Shown: in pieces, positions 46,787 through 57,147 of the stretch
Position numbering within the stretch: position 1 is the stretch's first letter
How the letters are laid out: each line of letters opens with the position of its first letter
From: Candidatus Kaiserbacteria bacterium RIFCSPHIGHO2_01_FULL_54_36
Lineage (GTDB): Bacteria > Patescibacteriota > Minisyncoccia > Phycocordibacterales > UBA2100
Reading direction: 5' to 3'
Assembly: GCA_001781105.1 (NCBI GenBank)
Contig: MFKV01000028.1
Span: 10,428 to 74,427, forward strand
DNA: 64,000 bases
The notes under the pieces: model-generated
Database searches by the model: none
What the model was told of the DNA's origin: nothing
The model's input: the letters and a program-made list of their open reading frames with translations, nothing else
Translations under genes and position numbers: made by a program

Positions 46787-47509
46787 TTACAACTGCGGAT
46801 CGATCGCGCTCTTAAAGCTCGAAACCTCTGCGGCTCCTCCGATCAAGACCTTACCCGTGATAAAGCCAGGAGTGCCGTTGATGCCGAATTTCGTGCCCTC
46901 TTCGCGATCGGCATCGAGTAGCGCTTGATACTGTGCTCTGTTCCCTGCAACATCCGCTTTCACTCGGTCGGCGTCTATGCCACTGATACCGCGCATGAGC
47001 GTAACTATGGTCGCCTCGTTGCCAAAGCCTGCGTGCTCTTCGTCTTGTGCCTTGTACATCGCTTCGCGCCACTCCCAATACTTTTGTGGATACAGTGCCC
47101 AGACAGCGCGGCCGTAGAGAGCCGCCGTAGTAGAGTCCTCGCTCAAAAATGGGTAATCCTTGAATACGATCTTAAGCTTGCCTGTGTCAACGTAGTCTTT
47201 GATCAATATAGGAAGCGCCGGCTCGATCGGGATCTGCGCATGCCCCATCTCGACTGCTTTGCAGTACGGGCACTGATAATCCGACCAATATGCGAGAACG
47301 ACTTTGGCGTTCGCATCACCAATATACGGACTCCCCTCGACACTCACGTCCTTAATATCGACATTTGCCTGAGGCTGACCACCTGGCGCAGGTGCGGCGC
47401 TCTGTGAGGAGAGGCCGAGGTAGAGGCCGCCGGCAATAAGCGCGCCCGCCGCGACGATCGCTACGGGGAGATATAGCTTGCTGGTATCGCGTGCGGATTC
47501 AGTCGGCAT
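46787..47509 (-). CDS. DsbA-like thioredoxin
   Basis: SDYQCPYC, DYPFL, GINGTPGF; TM anchor. Confidence 0.9.
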   Translation of the reverse strand: MPTESARDTSKLYLPVAIVAAGALIAGGLYLGLSSQSAAPAPGGQPQANVDIKDVSVEGSPYIGDANAKVVLAYWSDYQCPYCKAVEMGHAQIPIEPALPILIKDYVDTGKLKIVFKDYPFLSEDSTTAALYGRAVWALYPQKYWEWREAMYKAQDEEHAGFGNEATIVTLMRGISGIDADRVKADVAGNRAQYQALLDADREEGTKFGINGTPGFITGKVLIGGAAEVSSFKSAIDPQL

Positions 47510-47558
47510 AATCGTTCTATTGTACATGATTCTAGAAAACTGCAACTAGCGAAGCGCC

Positions 47559-48986
47559 CTACTTTTTGACACCCTGCAAGACGCTCCAGATATTCGGGTC
47601 TTGTCCGCCATCAAATTTGAATATAGAGATACCGCGCACGCCAAGGCGCTTTGCAAGATCGATCTTCTGTTGGATCGATTGCGCATCCGGCCAATCGAGC
47701 AGGCGGTACGTTAGATTGGAATTCTGCTGCGTCGCGATCTGGCTTGCAGCGGCAGCGGCAAGATTCCCCGATACGAGCGAGACAGGAGTCGAGGTCGGCA
47801 GATCCGAGAAGTACGTGAAGTACATCTCGCCCGCAGAGTTGCGCACCGGCGTGATGCCCCGCACTTCAGCGATCGGGAGCGCGTATCCGGGATTGAAGGG
47901 CCAGAGAATGGTGTACACATGCTCGTTGTTGGCGTAGGTAGTAACGGAGTATTCGTATCCGTATGTCGGCACCCCGATCAATATCTTGCTCTTATCAATA
48001 TCTTTTGACATGAGATTCACTACCTTTTCTACCCAACGCGGGTCAGCAACTGGCGCGTGAAGTTCCCCGGTCGCTTCGACCTCGGCTTTGAGCTTCCTAT
48101 CTATTCCCTGCTGATCATACGCCATGATACGCACGCGATCGCAGTACTTGTTGATCTCGGGGAGATCATTGGAGAAGATGCCAGCGTCTTGTGGGACGGA
48201 AGTACCGTAGTATCGGTCCTCGTTGGGTATGCGCGATTCGATGGTACACATGAGCAGCTTGGTACCGAGGCGCTGCTTGAGTTCCTTGAGGAACAGCGAG
48301 AAATAATCTTTTGTCTTGGCGTGCTTGAACTCGAAATCGATGTCGATGCCGTCGTAACCCTTCTCGTTTACGAGCGTGGAAATTTGGTCTATGAGCGTGG
48401 TCCGTAGTATCTGGTCGCTGAGGACATTGTGCATCACCTCGCGATCCCCCGACATAAGGGTCGGTATCACGCGAACGCCTTTTGCCTTTGCCTGTGCGTT
48501 GAAGCTAAGCCAGATGGCTGCATCCGTTGTCGAACCATTGAAGAGAAGTGTTGCGTCTCCTCGCAGCGTGTAGATGAACGGATTGACCTCTGTGAGCAAG
48601 TCGAGATGCGGCAAAGTATCTGCTGTGCCGGTCGCGACGCGCCAGTACGGGATCCATCCGGTTACTTCAAAGCTCTCGGCTGCCGGGTTGCAAGTGAGGA
48701 TTGCGATCTTTGCGCGCGTAATGGGCCCGACAGTCCCGACCGCTGAAATTCCATTGGCGCGTTGGAAATTGCGGACCGCTGTACGTGTGGCAGGTCCAAA
48801 GCGAGGAACCGACGCCGCCGTGAAGTAGCCCTGCGCCCTCAAAAAGGTTTGGAGTTTGGTGACTTCGCTCCCTGTTGCGCCAAATGAGAGGTTACGAGTG
48901 AACGTGACACAGCTCGATGTTTGCGCAAATGAAAGAGTCGGCACGAGGAACGCCGCTGTAACCAGCAAAAGTCGGACATATTTCAT
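47559..48986 (-). CDS. Peptidoglycan-binding domain + GH18 glycoside hydrolase
   Basis: Signal peptide; LQTFL..FGPATRTAVRNFQ..VGPITR; DGIDIDFE catalytic motif; MAYD. Confidence 0.9.
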   Translation of the reverse strand: MKYVRLLLVTAAFLVPTLSFAQTSSCVTFTRNLSFGATGSEVTKLQTFLRAQGYFTAASVPRFGPATRTAVRNFQRANGISAVGTVGPITRAKIAILTCNPAAESFEVTGWIPYWRVATGTADTLPHLDLLTEVNPFIYTLRGDATLLFNGSTTDAAIWLSFNAQAKAKGVRVIPTLMSGDREVMHNVLSDQILRTTLIDQISTLVNEKGYDGIDIDFEFKHAKTKDYFSLFLKELKQRLGTKLLMCTIESRIPNEDRYYGTSVPQDAGIFSNDLPEINKYCDRVRIMAYDQQGIDRKLKAEVEATGELHAPVADPRWVEKVVNLMSKDIDKSKILIGVPTYGYEYSVTTYANNEHVYTILWPFNPGYALPIAEVRGITPVRNSAGEMYFTYFSDLPTSTPVSLVSGNLAAAAASQIATQQNSNLTYRLLDWPDAQSIQQKIDLAKRLGVRGISIFKFDGGQDPNIWSVLQGVKK

Positions 48987-49203
48987 ACCCAGTCAGTAGA
49001 ATGTGCCTTTGCGGCAGACGCCTGCCGGCTGCCGCGGCTCGGTACACAAGCTCTCGACTAGAGCACTTTGCATGCGTTTATGGTTAGTTTTCATGGGTTG
49101 TTTATGCCTAAGGCACATTTCACTGCTGGGCATACTTCTCAACTTCAGACGCACCAGTATACCTATCACTTACCGGTATGCATAGGTGTGGGCGGGCTTT
49201 GGT

Positions 49204-49569
49204 TCACTGGATCAGGATCGTTGCCGAGAAATTATCGCCGGTAAGGGCGCAGGTGCCGTGAGCTACGCCTTGAAACACAGCAGTGTAGGTAGAATCCGAG
49301 GCGGCAGCATCCTCCATTCGCGCGATCACTCCTTCGGGAATACAACGCAAGCTTCTTGATGGATTGTTGCTCTCCGTCATCACAATGCTGAATTGCACTC
49401 CCTCGTGATATGCGAAGGTCTTTCTTGCATCGGTTTCGTGAAGCACACGCGGGCATGCCCCTATCGCGCACGGGGGCGCCTCGGGGGAAAATCCATACAG
49501 CCCATATACAATTACAATGAACCCCACGAGAAGAAGCCAGGGCACTGCGATATGAAGTGCGGTCCGCAT
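49204..49569 (-). CDS. Membrane-anchored hypothetical protein
   Basis: TM followed by Cys-containing beta-rich domain; start reassigned to MRTALH. Confidence 0.55.
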   Translation of the reverse strand: MRTALHIAVPWLLLVGFIVIVYGLYGFSPEAPPCAIGACPRVLHETDARKTFAYHEGVQFSIVMTESNNPSRSLRCIPEGVIARMEDAAASDSTYTAVFQGVAHGTCALTGDNFSATILIQ

Positions 49570-49795
49570 CTCTCGTATTTTACCCCGCAGTGAATGGTGG
49601 CGAAAGTCTTTTCTTGCGCCAGCACATTCATTTGGACCGCAGTGTCGATGACTGGAACGCTGAATTTCCCTAGCAACTGCGCTTTGCGCATCGCCACCAT
49701 CTACTGACGGGGTTTTACCACCCCGCATCAAACGTCTCACTACATTCGGTACTTAGGACCAGCTCGCGAACGGATGGCGTTGATGCGGGACAGGT

Positions 49796-50464
49796 TCAAT
49801 ACCAGGTGATTTCTCCATCCCCCGAAAGTGGAATGGTGGGGCCGAGGTATTTGGGCTGTCGGCGCAGTACTACGTCGACGAACGCTTTTGCAGACGCAGG
49901 TATCTCGCGAAAATAATCGCGCATCGAACCGCTCCCGGGCGCAACTATCCCGTAGGCTTCCAATCCGAGCTGCCGCGCGATCCAGAGGGCGCGAGGCAAG
50001 TGAAATTCTTGGGTCACGATAATAAGCGAGCGAGCCTGAAAGACTTCGCGCGCACGATAAAAACTGCTGTAGGTATCAAAACCCGCGTGATCAAGGAAGA
50101 TATCGGGCGCGGGAATGCCTGCATCGAGGAGGTATTTGCGCACTGGGGTTACTTCATCATGCGTCAGTGCACCATTATCACCCGTAACCAATATCTTCGA
50201 CACTTTGGCATCTTTGTAGAGCGCGATCGCCATGTCCGCGCGTCTGGCAAGGACAGGAGATGGAGCCCGGCGTATTACTGATGCACCGAGTACGAGCGCG
50301 GCTTCCGTTTGCGGCACATCTTGGATCGAGGCGTGGACGTACGGCTCTACCGCCAAACGCATGAGGATGGGGATCATCATCGCAAGCGCAAGAAGCGCCA
50401 ACAGTCCTACGATAGCGAGCCAATAGTACCTGCGAACAATGTACATGGCTGCATTATGCACCAC
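49796..50464 (-). CDS. SanA/YdcF (DUF218) family protein
   Basis: VLGAS, LVTGDN, DHAGFDTYSS, VTQEFHLPRA, RE motifs. Confidence 0.9.
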   Translation of the reverse strand: MVHNAAMYIVRRYYWLAIVGLLALLALAMMIPILMRLAVEPYVHASIQDVPQTEAALVLGASVIRRAPSPVLARRADMAIALYKDAKVSKILVTGDNGALTHDEVTPVRKYLLDAGIPAPDIFLDHAGFDTYSSFYRAREVFQARSLIIVTQEFHLPRALWIARQLGLEAYGIVAPGSGSMRDYFREIPASAKAFVDVVLRRQPKYLGPTIPLSGDGEITWY

Positions 50465-50489
50465 GCACCTCCTTCTTTCACCAGAAAGG

Positions 50490-52193
50490 TTAGTTGACCT
50501 GGAACATCAGTGTCTGCGAGGTGCCGCTGCTGTTGGTGACGTAGATCGGGTAGGAGCCTCCTGTCACTTGCTGGCTGTACGGCGAACATGCATTGCCTGA
50601 AGATACGACATCGCACGGAGAAACGTATGAAGGGATCGTAAAGTAGAGCGTTGTGTTGTTGGAGCTTGGGATATGCTTCGTGCCTCCGATGCCGAAGTGC
50701 ACGGTGTTGTCGAGCGCGCTGAATCCAGTTCCTTGCAGGATCACTTGCGTACCCACCGCTCCTGTGGTTGGGTTGAGAGAAGAGAGCGTTACCGAACCCG
50801 AACTTGTGCTCCCGACAACAACGGTGATCGTAGAGGTGTTGCTGAGGCCATCGACGCCAGTAACGGTGAAGGTGATCGTATAGGTGCCGCTTTGCGAGTA
50901 GCTGTGAGTGAAGGTAAGCGTCTGATTCCCCTGTGCGTACGTGGTCTGATTAGCCGAGAGCTGCGCACCGGAAATATATTGATCGCCCCAATTAACCGAT
51001 GTCGTTGTGTACGAATTCGTTTGATTGTTGTTGATCTGGATCGTCCAGGTACCCTGCGTGTTCAGCGCCAACGAAGTTGGGCCGTTCACGCTTGTAATGG
51101 TCGGTGCTCCAGATGAATTGGATGACGTAACGTTGAACGTGAGCGCGTTACTCGTCTGTCCCGAGAAGTTCGATACGGATACATTGTATGTGCCCTGAGT
51201 GACGAATTGCGATGTGCCACCGAGCTGCGAAGGGATCACGAATGAGAGCGTGTTGCCATTCGGAGAATTCACTCCTGTGATAACGCCGGCGCCAAAGCGT
51301 ACGGTATTGCCCGTGGTGCTGAACCCGTTGCCGGTCACAGTAACGGTAGTGCCTACGCTACCAGAGCTTGGGGAGAGGTATTGGATGTTGACTGAGCCGT
51401 AGCAGTTCGTGTACGGGTACTGGCAGATATTTCCTGTGATGTTGAAGGTGAGCGTGTTGCTTGTGCCACGTGTGTTCGTGACGTAGACGTTGACTGCGTT
51501 TTGGGACACTGTGCTAGGGACGGTGACGGTGAGCGATGTCCCGTTGTACGACGAGACATTCGCGATCGGCATGGTGCCGAAGTAGACGGTATTGTTGGCG
51601 TAATCGAAATTGGATCCATAGATCGTGACGCTGCTCCCCGGCTGGCCTGATGTGACCGAGAGCGAGGTAAGCGTGACGTTCTGGTAGTTGTTGAATGGTG
51701 GGCAAATGTACGGGTAGGTGTAGTAGCAAGTCGTGTTATTCGGCGGCGTGGTAGGTGGATAGGTGTATGTGGGAGGCGTCGGGTAGGGATACGGATTATA
51801 GCCAGTACCGCCACAGCTCACACGCGCGATCGCCGCACGTGTCATAGGACCAACGATCCCGACTGGCGAGAGCCCTTGCTCCATCTGGAAATTCCGCACA
51901 GCGGCCTGTGTCGCCCGTCCGAAGTAACCGGTGATCATCCAGCTGCCACCTCCCGGATAATTGCGGCTTACAAGAAATGTCTGGAGCTTCCGCACCTCGG
52001 TGCCGCGGGAGCCGAACGAAAGATTCCACATCAAATTGATGCAGCCGCCAATGTAGGGTTGCTGATACTGAGTTTGCGTCTGTGTCTGATATGTCGGGGT
52101 GTAGGAGTAGGTAGGATAATAGCTTTGAGCAGCGGCCACATTGGCACTCAGCGCGACGACTGCTACGAGCGAGGAAACGAGTATCTTTTTCAT
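50490..52193 (-). CDS. Secreted surface protein: PG-binding + IPT/TIG + PKD-like domains
   Basis: Signal peptide; PG-binding motif; three GxxVTxxGxxF..NTV.F repeats; WGD..HSY..GTYT. Confidence 0.85.
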   Translation of the reverse strand: MKKILVSSLVAVVALSANVAAAQSYYPTYSYTPTYQTQTQTQYQQPYIGGCINLMWNLSFGSRGTEVRKLQTFLVSRNYPGGGSWMITGYFGRATQAAVRNFQMEQGLSPVGIVGPMTRAAIARVSCGGTGYNPYPYPTPPTYTYPPTTPPNNTTCYYTYPYICPPFNNYQNVTLTSLSVTSGQPGSSVTIYGSNFDYANNTVYFGTMPIANVSSYNGTSLTVTVPSTVSQNAVNVYVTNTRGTSNTLTFNITGNICQYPYTNCYGSVNIQYLSPSSGSVGTTVTVTGNGFSTTGNTVRFGAGVITGVNSPNGNTLSFVIPSQLGGTSQFVTQGTYNVSVSNFSGQTSNALTFNVTSSNSSGAPTITSVNGPTSLALNTQGTWTIQINNNQTNSYTTTSVNWGDQYISGAQLSANQTTYAQGNQTLTFTHSYSQSGTYTITFTVTGVDGLSNTSTITVVVGSTSSGSVTLSSLNPTTGAVGTQVILQGTGFSALDNTVHFGIGGTKHIPSSNNTTLYFTIPSYVSPCDVVSSGNACSPYSQQVTGGSYPIYVTNSSGTSQTLMFQVN

Positions 52194-52305
52194 ACAGATA
52201 TCTAAAATATGGCTCTCTGTCAGGCTTTTTGCTTGACCTATTACTAATATTGAGTGCTAATACCCAAAATATGCACCCTGGTGGTTTTTTATGCAAGCAG
52301 TTGGA

Positions 52306-53193
52306 TCACCTGTACCGACTCAACTTCAAATGGTCGGTCAAAAAAAGCACGCCGAGGATGAGGGGCACGACAGAGGCAAGTTGCCAAATGTTGGGCGCTT
52401 GATGGAGAATGAGCCACGCAAAGAATAGCGTCGCGAGCGGACCGAAGCTCTGCAGCGCCATAGCTTTGGTGACCGAGATGCGGTGGATCGCCTCGATCCA
52501 GAGCACTTTGGATATACCGAGAATGATGACGCCGTTGATAACAAGGAACAGTGCCGCTTCTTGTATATTGCCCAGTGATGCGTGTTGGCCAAAAACAAAG
52601 GCGAAAAAGAATATGGCAGGGACCGCGAGCATACCCCGCAAGAAAAGGATAGTTTCGCTCGATGCGATGTTGCGCGCTTTCTGCTGGAAAAGATTGCCGA
52701 TCGGTGCCGACACAGTGGCAGCGAGAATGAGGAGGTCTCCAACATTGATGTGCGAGAAGTCCTTCCCCAGAACGATGAGCGCGCCGATGACCATGAGAAG
52801 CGCCCCAATTTTATAGTCCCATGAGATGCGCTCTCCTCGAAATACATTGAAAAATAAAAACGAGGTAAAAACCTCAAATAGCGCAATGATGGCCGCGTTG
52901 CCGGGAAGCGTGTACGTGAGGCCGATGTAATAGAAACCGTAATAGAGAATACTGATGAAAAGTGTCACAAGAGCGACGTATTTCCACAAAAGCGGCTGCG
53001 CGAGTTCTTTCCACTTTTTCCGGTACGCCACGACAGCCCCAAAGAATAGCGCGGCAATAAGAGTGCTCCAGCCTAATGATATGAGGCTTGGCACGGCTGC
53101 GTATGAGAGCACCGTCACTATCGGGAAAAAAGAGCCGATTGCCATTGCAGAGAGCACGGAGAGCTCCCCTTTTTTTCTTTCGGGCAGCGGCAT
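52306..53193 (-). CDS. DMT/EamA family transporter
   Basis: Ten TM helices in two EamA repeats; TATACT 6 nt before MPLPE. Confidence 0.88.
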   Translation of the reverse strand: MPLPERKKGELSVLSAMAIGSFFPIVTVLSYAAVPSLISLGWSTLIAALFFGAVVAYRKKWKELAQPLLWKYVALVTLFISILYYGFYYIGLTYTLPGNAAIIALFEVFTSFLFFNVFRGERISWDYKIGALLMVIGALIVLGKDFSHINVGDLLILAATVSAPIGNLFQQKARNIASSETILFLRGMLAVPAIFFFAFVFGQHASLGNIQEAALFLVINGVIILGISKVLWIEAIHRISVTKAMALQSFGPLATLFFAWLILHQAPNIWQLASVVPLILGVLFLTDHLKLSRYR

Positions 53194-53236
53194 CGGTACA
53201 GTATACACAGGCAACTACAGGCGTGGTTTGGACACT

Positions 53237-53274
53237 ATGTACTTATGAACTTCGGTCGGTGTTTATAAGTACAT
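53237..53274. repeat. Palindrome after the helicase stop
   Basis: ATGTACTTATGAAC-N10-GTTTATAAGTACAT (one G-T). Confidence 0.55.
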
Positions 53275-53282
53275 GGATTTTT

Positions 53283-54578
53283 CTAACGGGAGAAGCGGCG
53301 AGGGCCGCGTGAGGGCGACTGTCTGCGCGGACGACTTCCAAAACTAGACCTGCCTCTCGGAGTGAAGCCTCTCTGTTGTGGTCGGGAAAATCTTCGAGGG
53401 CGATCATCATTATATGTAGAGGTGGGGGTCGCGCGTGCGGGCGGAAGCGCAGGCAAAGTGGAGATAGGGACCGTCTTCCTGATGAGGCGTTCGATGTCGC
53501 GGATGTCGCGCTTCTGATGAGGCTCAGCGAATGAAATAGCGTGGCCTTTAGCGCCTGCACGCGCCGTGCGGCCGATGCGGTGCACGTAATCCGAGCTATC
53601 CATCGGTAAGTCGTAATTGACGACAAGCTCGATGCCTTTGACGTCGATCCCCCGCGAAGCGATGTCGGTGGCTACAAGCACGCGATAGCGGCCATTCTTG
53701 AATCCTTCGAGCGCTTCCTTGCGCTGCGAGAGCGAGCGATTGCCGTGGATCTCGGCTGCGGTGTGACCCATTGCCGCGACCGTCCGCATGACCTTTTTCG
53801 CACCATGCTTGGTGCGAGAAAAGACGAGTGTCGAGCCGGCATAGTCGCTGAGGATCTTTTCCAAAAGCCGTGTTTTTTCTTCCTTGCGCACGACGAAAAA
53901 TTCTTGGCTTACTTTCTCGACGGTGGTACCTGCGGGCGCAACCTCAATGCGCAGGGGCAGCTTCATGTGCGCCGTTGCAAGTTGCATGATATCGGGTGAA
54001 AGCGTCGCGGAGAAAAGCATCGTCTGCCGCTCTTTGGGTGCTGCAGCGATTATCTTTTTCACTTGCGGCCAGAAACCCATATCGAGCATGCGATCGGCCT
54101 CGTCAAGGACGAGGACCTCAACCTTGTCGAGTCGGATCGTTTTTTGTGCAAGGTGGTCCAAAAGGCGGCCGGGTGTCGCGATCACAACGTGCGGATCCCG
54201 CCGAAGTGCGGAGATCTGTGCTCCCATAGAAGCTCCGCCGATAAAAACAGCGCTTCTTATTCCAAGTGGGCGTGCGATCTTTGCAAGCGTCTCATCTACT
54301 TGAAGTGCGAGCTCGCGCGTCGGGACAAGTATTAGCCCGCGACCTCCTGCCCCTGCAAGACGCTGGAGCAGTGGGATGCCGAAGGCCAATGTCTTCCCCG
54401 TGCCCGTTTGGGCGACGCCAACGACGTCTTTGCCGGCAACTCCCGGCGGAATTGCCCGATGCTGAATGGGAGTAGGGACGACAAAATTAAGCTTGCCAAG
54501 TATGTCGAGAATATTCGGTGCGATACCGAGGCCATTGAATGTGGGCTCCAGAGTATGCGGAGCAACGGTAGGCGTCAT
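53283..54578 (-). CDS. DEAD-box RNA helicase (RhlE-like)
   Basis: Q motif, AQTGTGKT, PTRELA, DEAD, SAT, HRIGRTAR. Confidence 0.96.
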   Translation of the reverse strand: MTPTVAPHTLEPTFNGLGIAPNILDILGKLNFVVPTPIQHRAIPPGVAGKDVVGVAQTGTGKTLAFGIPLLQRLAGAGGRGLILVPTRELALQVDETLAKIARPLGIRSAVFIGGASMGAQISALRRDPHVVIATPGRLLDHLAQKTIRLDKVEVLVLDEADRMLDMGFWPQVKKIIAAAPKERQTMLFSATLSPDIMQLATAHMKLPLRIEVAPAGTTVEKVSQEFFVVRKEEKTRLLEKILSDYAGSTLVFSRTKHGAKKVMRTVAAMGHTAAEIHGNRSLSQRKEALEGFKNGRYRVLVATDIASRGIDVKGIELVVNYDLPMDSSDYVHRIGRTARAGAKGHAISFAEPHQKRDIRDIERLIRKTVPISTLPALPPARATPTSTYNDDRPRRFSRPQQRGFTPRGRSSFGSRPRRQSPSRGPRRFSR

Positions 54579-54647
54579 TGAAGTAAAGCTCGAGAGAGCA
54601 ATACTTCGAGAGTACCACGAGAATTGATTGAGCGCAACTTTTTGGGG

Positions 54648-54986
54648 CTATGCCGTGTGCACTGTTTCTGTCTTTTCGATGACCGTCGTATGCGGCGCAT
54701 GCGCCGTCGTATCGGCAAGCGCACGGCGCGTGCTCGCAAGCTCATCTTCCAGCTGTTTCTTTTGCTTCTTTATAGATGAGAGATAAAAGTCGCCGCGAAT
54801 GAGGCTCGGCAAAAGTACGAGCAGTGTCATGACGATACCGAGAATAATGGTAAAAAGCAGCACGAGCGCGAGAGAGCTCGTAAGTTGCCAATCGAAGAAC
54901 GCGACGGTAACCGTGCCAATATTTTGGAGCACGAAGATCATCGAAAGCGCTCCGAGGACAACGCCGAGTATAAGTGAAAATATCAT
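54648..54986 (-). CDS. LapA-like membrane protein
   Basis: IFVLQN..V.V.FF.W, two TM + coiled coil. Confidence 0.8.
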   Translation of the reverse strand: MIFSLILGVVLGALSMIFVLQNIGTVTVAFFDWQLTSSLALVLLFTIILGIVMTLLVLLPSLIRGDFYLSSIKKQKKQLEDELASTRRALADTTAHAPHTTVIEKTETVHTA

Positions 54987-55086
54987 AGCGATAGTAAGAG
55001 GCTGCTAATGGGTATATTCATGAAGACGTATTGTATTCTAACACCTTACGTTGACACTTCGGTGCCTCTGTATCGAACAAAATGAC

Positions 55087-55209
55087 TGCTGCGAGACAAG
55101 GACCCTTGGGAAACCCACGGTTTTCCCATTCCTTCCTCCACGGGAAAACAGGTGTTTTCCCGACCCCTTTCCTAATCCAAGCCCTTCGCAAAATGCGTGA
55201 CACTTATTT
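55087..55209. repeat. Hairpin element downstream of tRNA-Gln ending in a copy of the tRNA 3' end
   Basis: TGCTGCGAGAC (55087-97) vs TGCTGCGGGAC (55210-20); hairpins TGGGAAACCCACGGTTTTCCCA and CGGGAAAACAGGTGTTTTCCCG. Confidence 0.55.
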
Positions 55210-55211
55210 TG

Positions 55212-55282
55212 CTGCGGGACTTGGATTCGAACCAAGATACACTGCTCCAGAGGCAGTAGTCCTACCATTAGACGATCCCGCA
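55212..55282 (-). tRNA. tRNA-Gln(CTG)
   Basis: TGCGGGA acceptor, ACTGC-CTCTGGA-GCAGT anticodon arm, GGTTCGAATCC. Confidence 0.95.
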
Positions 55283-55337
55283 ATGATCGAACGCGGGTTA
55301 ACAATACCCGAAAAAGAAGCCTTCTTCAATTACGATT

Positions 55338-55817
55338 TTATTTGGTACCGCCTCCAGCATTGGCATCAACAGATGCATTCGCAGAATCAGCGATGCTTGA
55401 AGCGTTTGAGCCGCATGCTTTGAGTGCGGTCTTGAAGCCCGACCATGCACTTTGCTGTGTTTTCTGCCAACTCTTGTGCGCGAGCCGCATCGCGCCGTTG
55501 AAGCTATTCCATGCGCTCTTTACTGCCTTCCTGATAGCATCGTTCCCTGTCTGAGTGTAGGCGGAAGCAAGCGCGGAAGCGCGAGTGGTATATGCTGCGG
55601 TAACGTCCTGCATGTTGGTCGAGATACCGGCCTGGAGCGAAGCTTCGCGCGCGGCGACAGCCGCTGCAACGCATGCGATGTTCACGCCGGAGGCAGTGGA
55701 TGACGCATGTATCTTTATCTGATTCCTATCCTGTAGCGGCGCTTTGTGGTCTCCGCCACCGAGCCCCCCAAAGATCGCTGCAATGCTTGCGGCCGCTGCT
55801 ACAAATATACTTTCCAT
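55338..55817 (-). CDS. Secreted Ala-rich helical hypothetical protein
   Basis: IACVAAAV..RE...AW..F...AW..FK...C pattern; 159 aa. Confidence 0.7.
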   Translation of the reverse strand: MESIFVAAAASIAAIFGGLGGGDHKAPLQDRNQIKIHASSTASGVNIACVAAAVAAREASLQAGISTNMQDVTAAYTTRASALASAYTQTGNDAIRKAVKSAWNSFNGAMRLAHKSWQKTQQSAWSGFKTALKACGSNASSIADSANASVDANAGGGTK

Positions 55818-56044
55818 AGTTGTCGAAAATTAAAGTAATGCGTAAGCTCCACTCACGCACTCATTGTACCCCGCAGTGAATGTCGGCGATAGTCTTTTCG
55901 ATATTGAGAGTTGTTTATATCGCACAAGAGACACTAATTTTCAAGATTGAGTTCCCTGGCGACTGCGCTTCGCGCCTCGCTGACATCTACTGTCGGGGTG
56001 TACTGCCCGCGCAGCTGCGTGGGCGCTCTCGTGTGTATATCCCT

Positions 56045-57118
56045 CTATTCCTGGGTGATGCCTGCAAGCGAATGCGGCTTGCCTTCGGCTATCGCCGCGT
56101 GGGTGATGCGAATGAATTGCGCTTTCTTTTCAAATTCTGAAATAGTGCGAGCGCCCACGTAGCCCATGCCGACTTGGACGCCAGAGACAAGAGTCGCGAT
56201 GATCTCAGCAACGGGGCCTTTGTAGGGCACCAGGGCCTCTACCCCTTCGGGCACGGCTTTGCGCCCATGGGTGAAGTAGCGCTCGGATCCTGATGCGCTT
56301 TTGATGACCGCTTCTGAGCCCATGCCGCGATATTCTTTGAACTTGACTCCCCCCTTCTCGACGATCTTTCCTGGCGCTTCATCGGTGCCCGCGAAAAGAT
56401 TACCGAGCATGACCGCTGAAGCTCCTGCCGCAAGTGCTTTTGCGATATCTCCTGATGTGCGGATGCCTCCGTCGGCGATAACAGGCACTTTGTACTTCTT
56501 TGCAACGGCAGCAACCTCAAGTATTGCCGATAGCTGTGGCACGCCTACACCGGAAATGAGTCGCGTCGTGCAGATAGAGCCGGGGCCTACTCCCACTTTC
56601 ACCGCATCAGCAAATTGACATGCCGCTTTTGCCGCCTCAGCGGTCGCGATGTTGCCAAATATCATTTTTGCGTGTTTGAGACTTTTCTTTATTTTCTTTG
56701 CGCTTTCAACGACATTCAAATTATGCCCGTGCGCGCAATCGATGACGACCGCGTCTACTCCCGCTTCGTCGAGCGCTTTCGCTCGGTCGGCGGCAAAAGG
56801 TCCGCATGCGGCAGCGACTTTGACGCCCGCCTTTTTCACGTGCGTGACTATCTTGACTTGCACTTCTATGGAGCAGTTACGATGAATGACACCTAAGCCC
56901 CCGAGCTTACCCAATGCAATCGCCATTTCCTCTTCTGTCACACGATCCATCGCGGCACTCAAAAAAGGCACCGCAAGAGTGATGCCGGCAATATTGGTTT
57001 TGAGAGATGCTTCTGCCGGCTCCATCGAGCTTGCCGCAGGCCGGATCAAAACATCGTCGAAGGTGAATCCTTCTTGGAGAATTTTCACACCCACTTGTGG
57101 TGAGCTGCGTCGAACCAT
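56045..57118 (-). CDS. guaB: IMP dehydrogenase lacking CBS domains
   Basis: [37 protein letters not shown]. Confidence 0.93.
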   Translation of the reverse strand: MVRRSSPQVGVKILQEGFTFDDVLIRPAASSMEPAEASLKTNIAGITLAVPFLSAAMDRVTEEEMAIALGKLGGLGVIHRNCSIEVQVKIVTHVKKAGVKVAAACGPFAADRAKALDEAGVDAVVIDCAHGHNLNVVESAKKIKKSLKHAKMIFGNIATAEAAKAACQFADAVKVGVGPGSICTTRLISGVGVPQLSAILEVAAVAKKYKVPVIADGGIRTSGDIAKALAAGASAVMLGNLFAGTDEAPGKIVEKGGVKFKEYRGMGSEAVIKSASGSERYFTHGRKAVPEGVEALVPYKGPVAEIIATLVSGVQVGMGYVGARTISEFEKKAQFIRITHAAIAEGKPHSLAGITQE

Positions 57119-57147
57119 GAGCCATTATACTCTCACGAGCGAAAAAG

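Noticed and set aside
52251-52260. CIRCE element (GAGTGCTAA)
   Set aside because: Only a half site, upstream of a surface protein; no CIRCE seen before groES.
56045-57118. Short IMPDH as a novelty
   Set aside because: CBS-less GuaB is a known, common variant.
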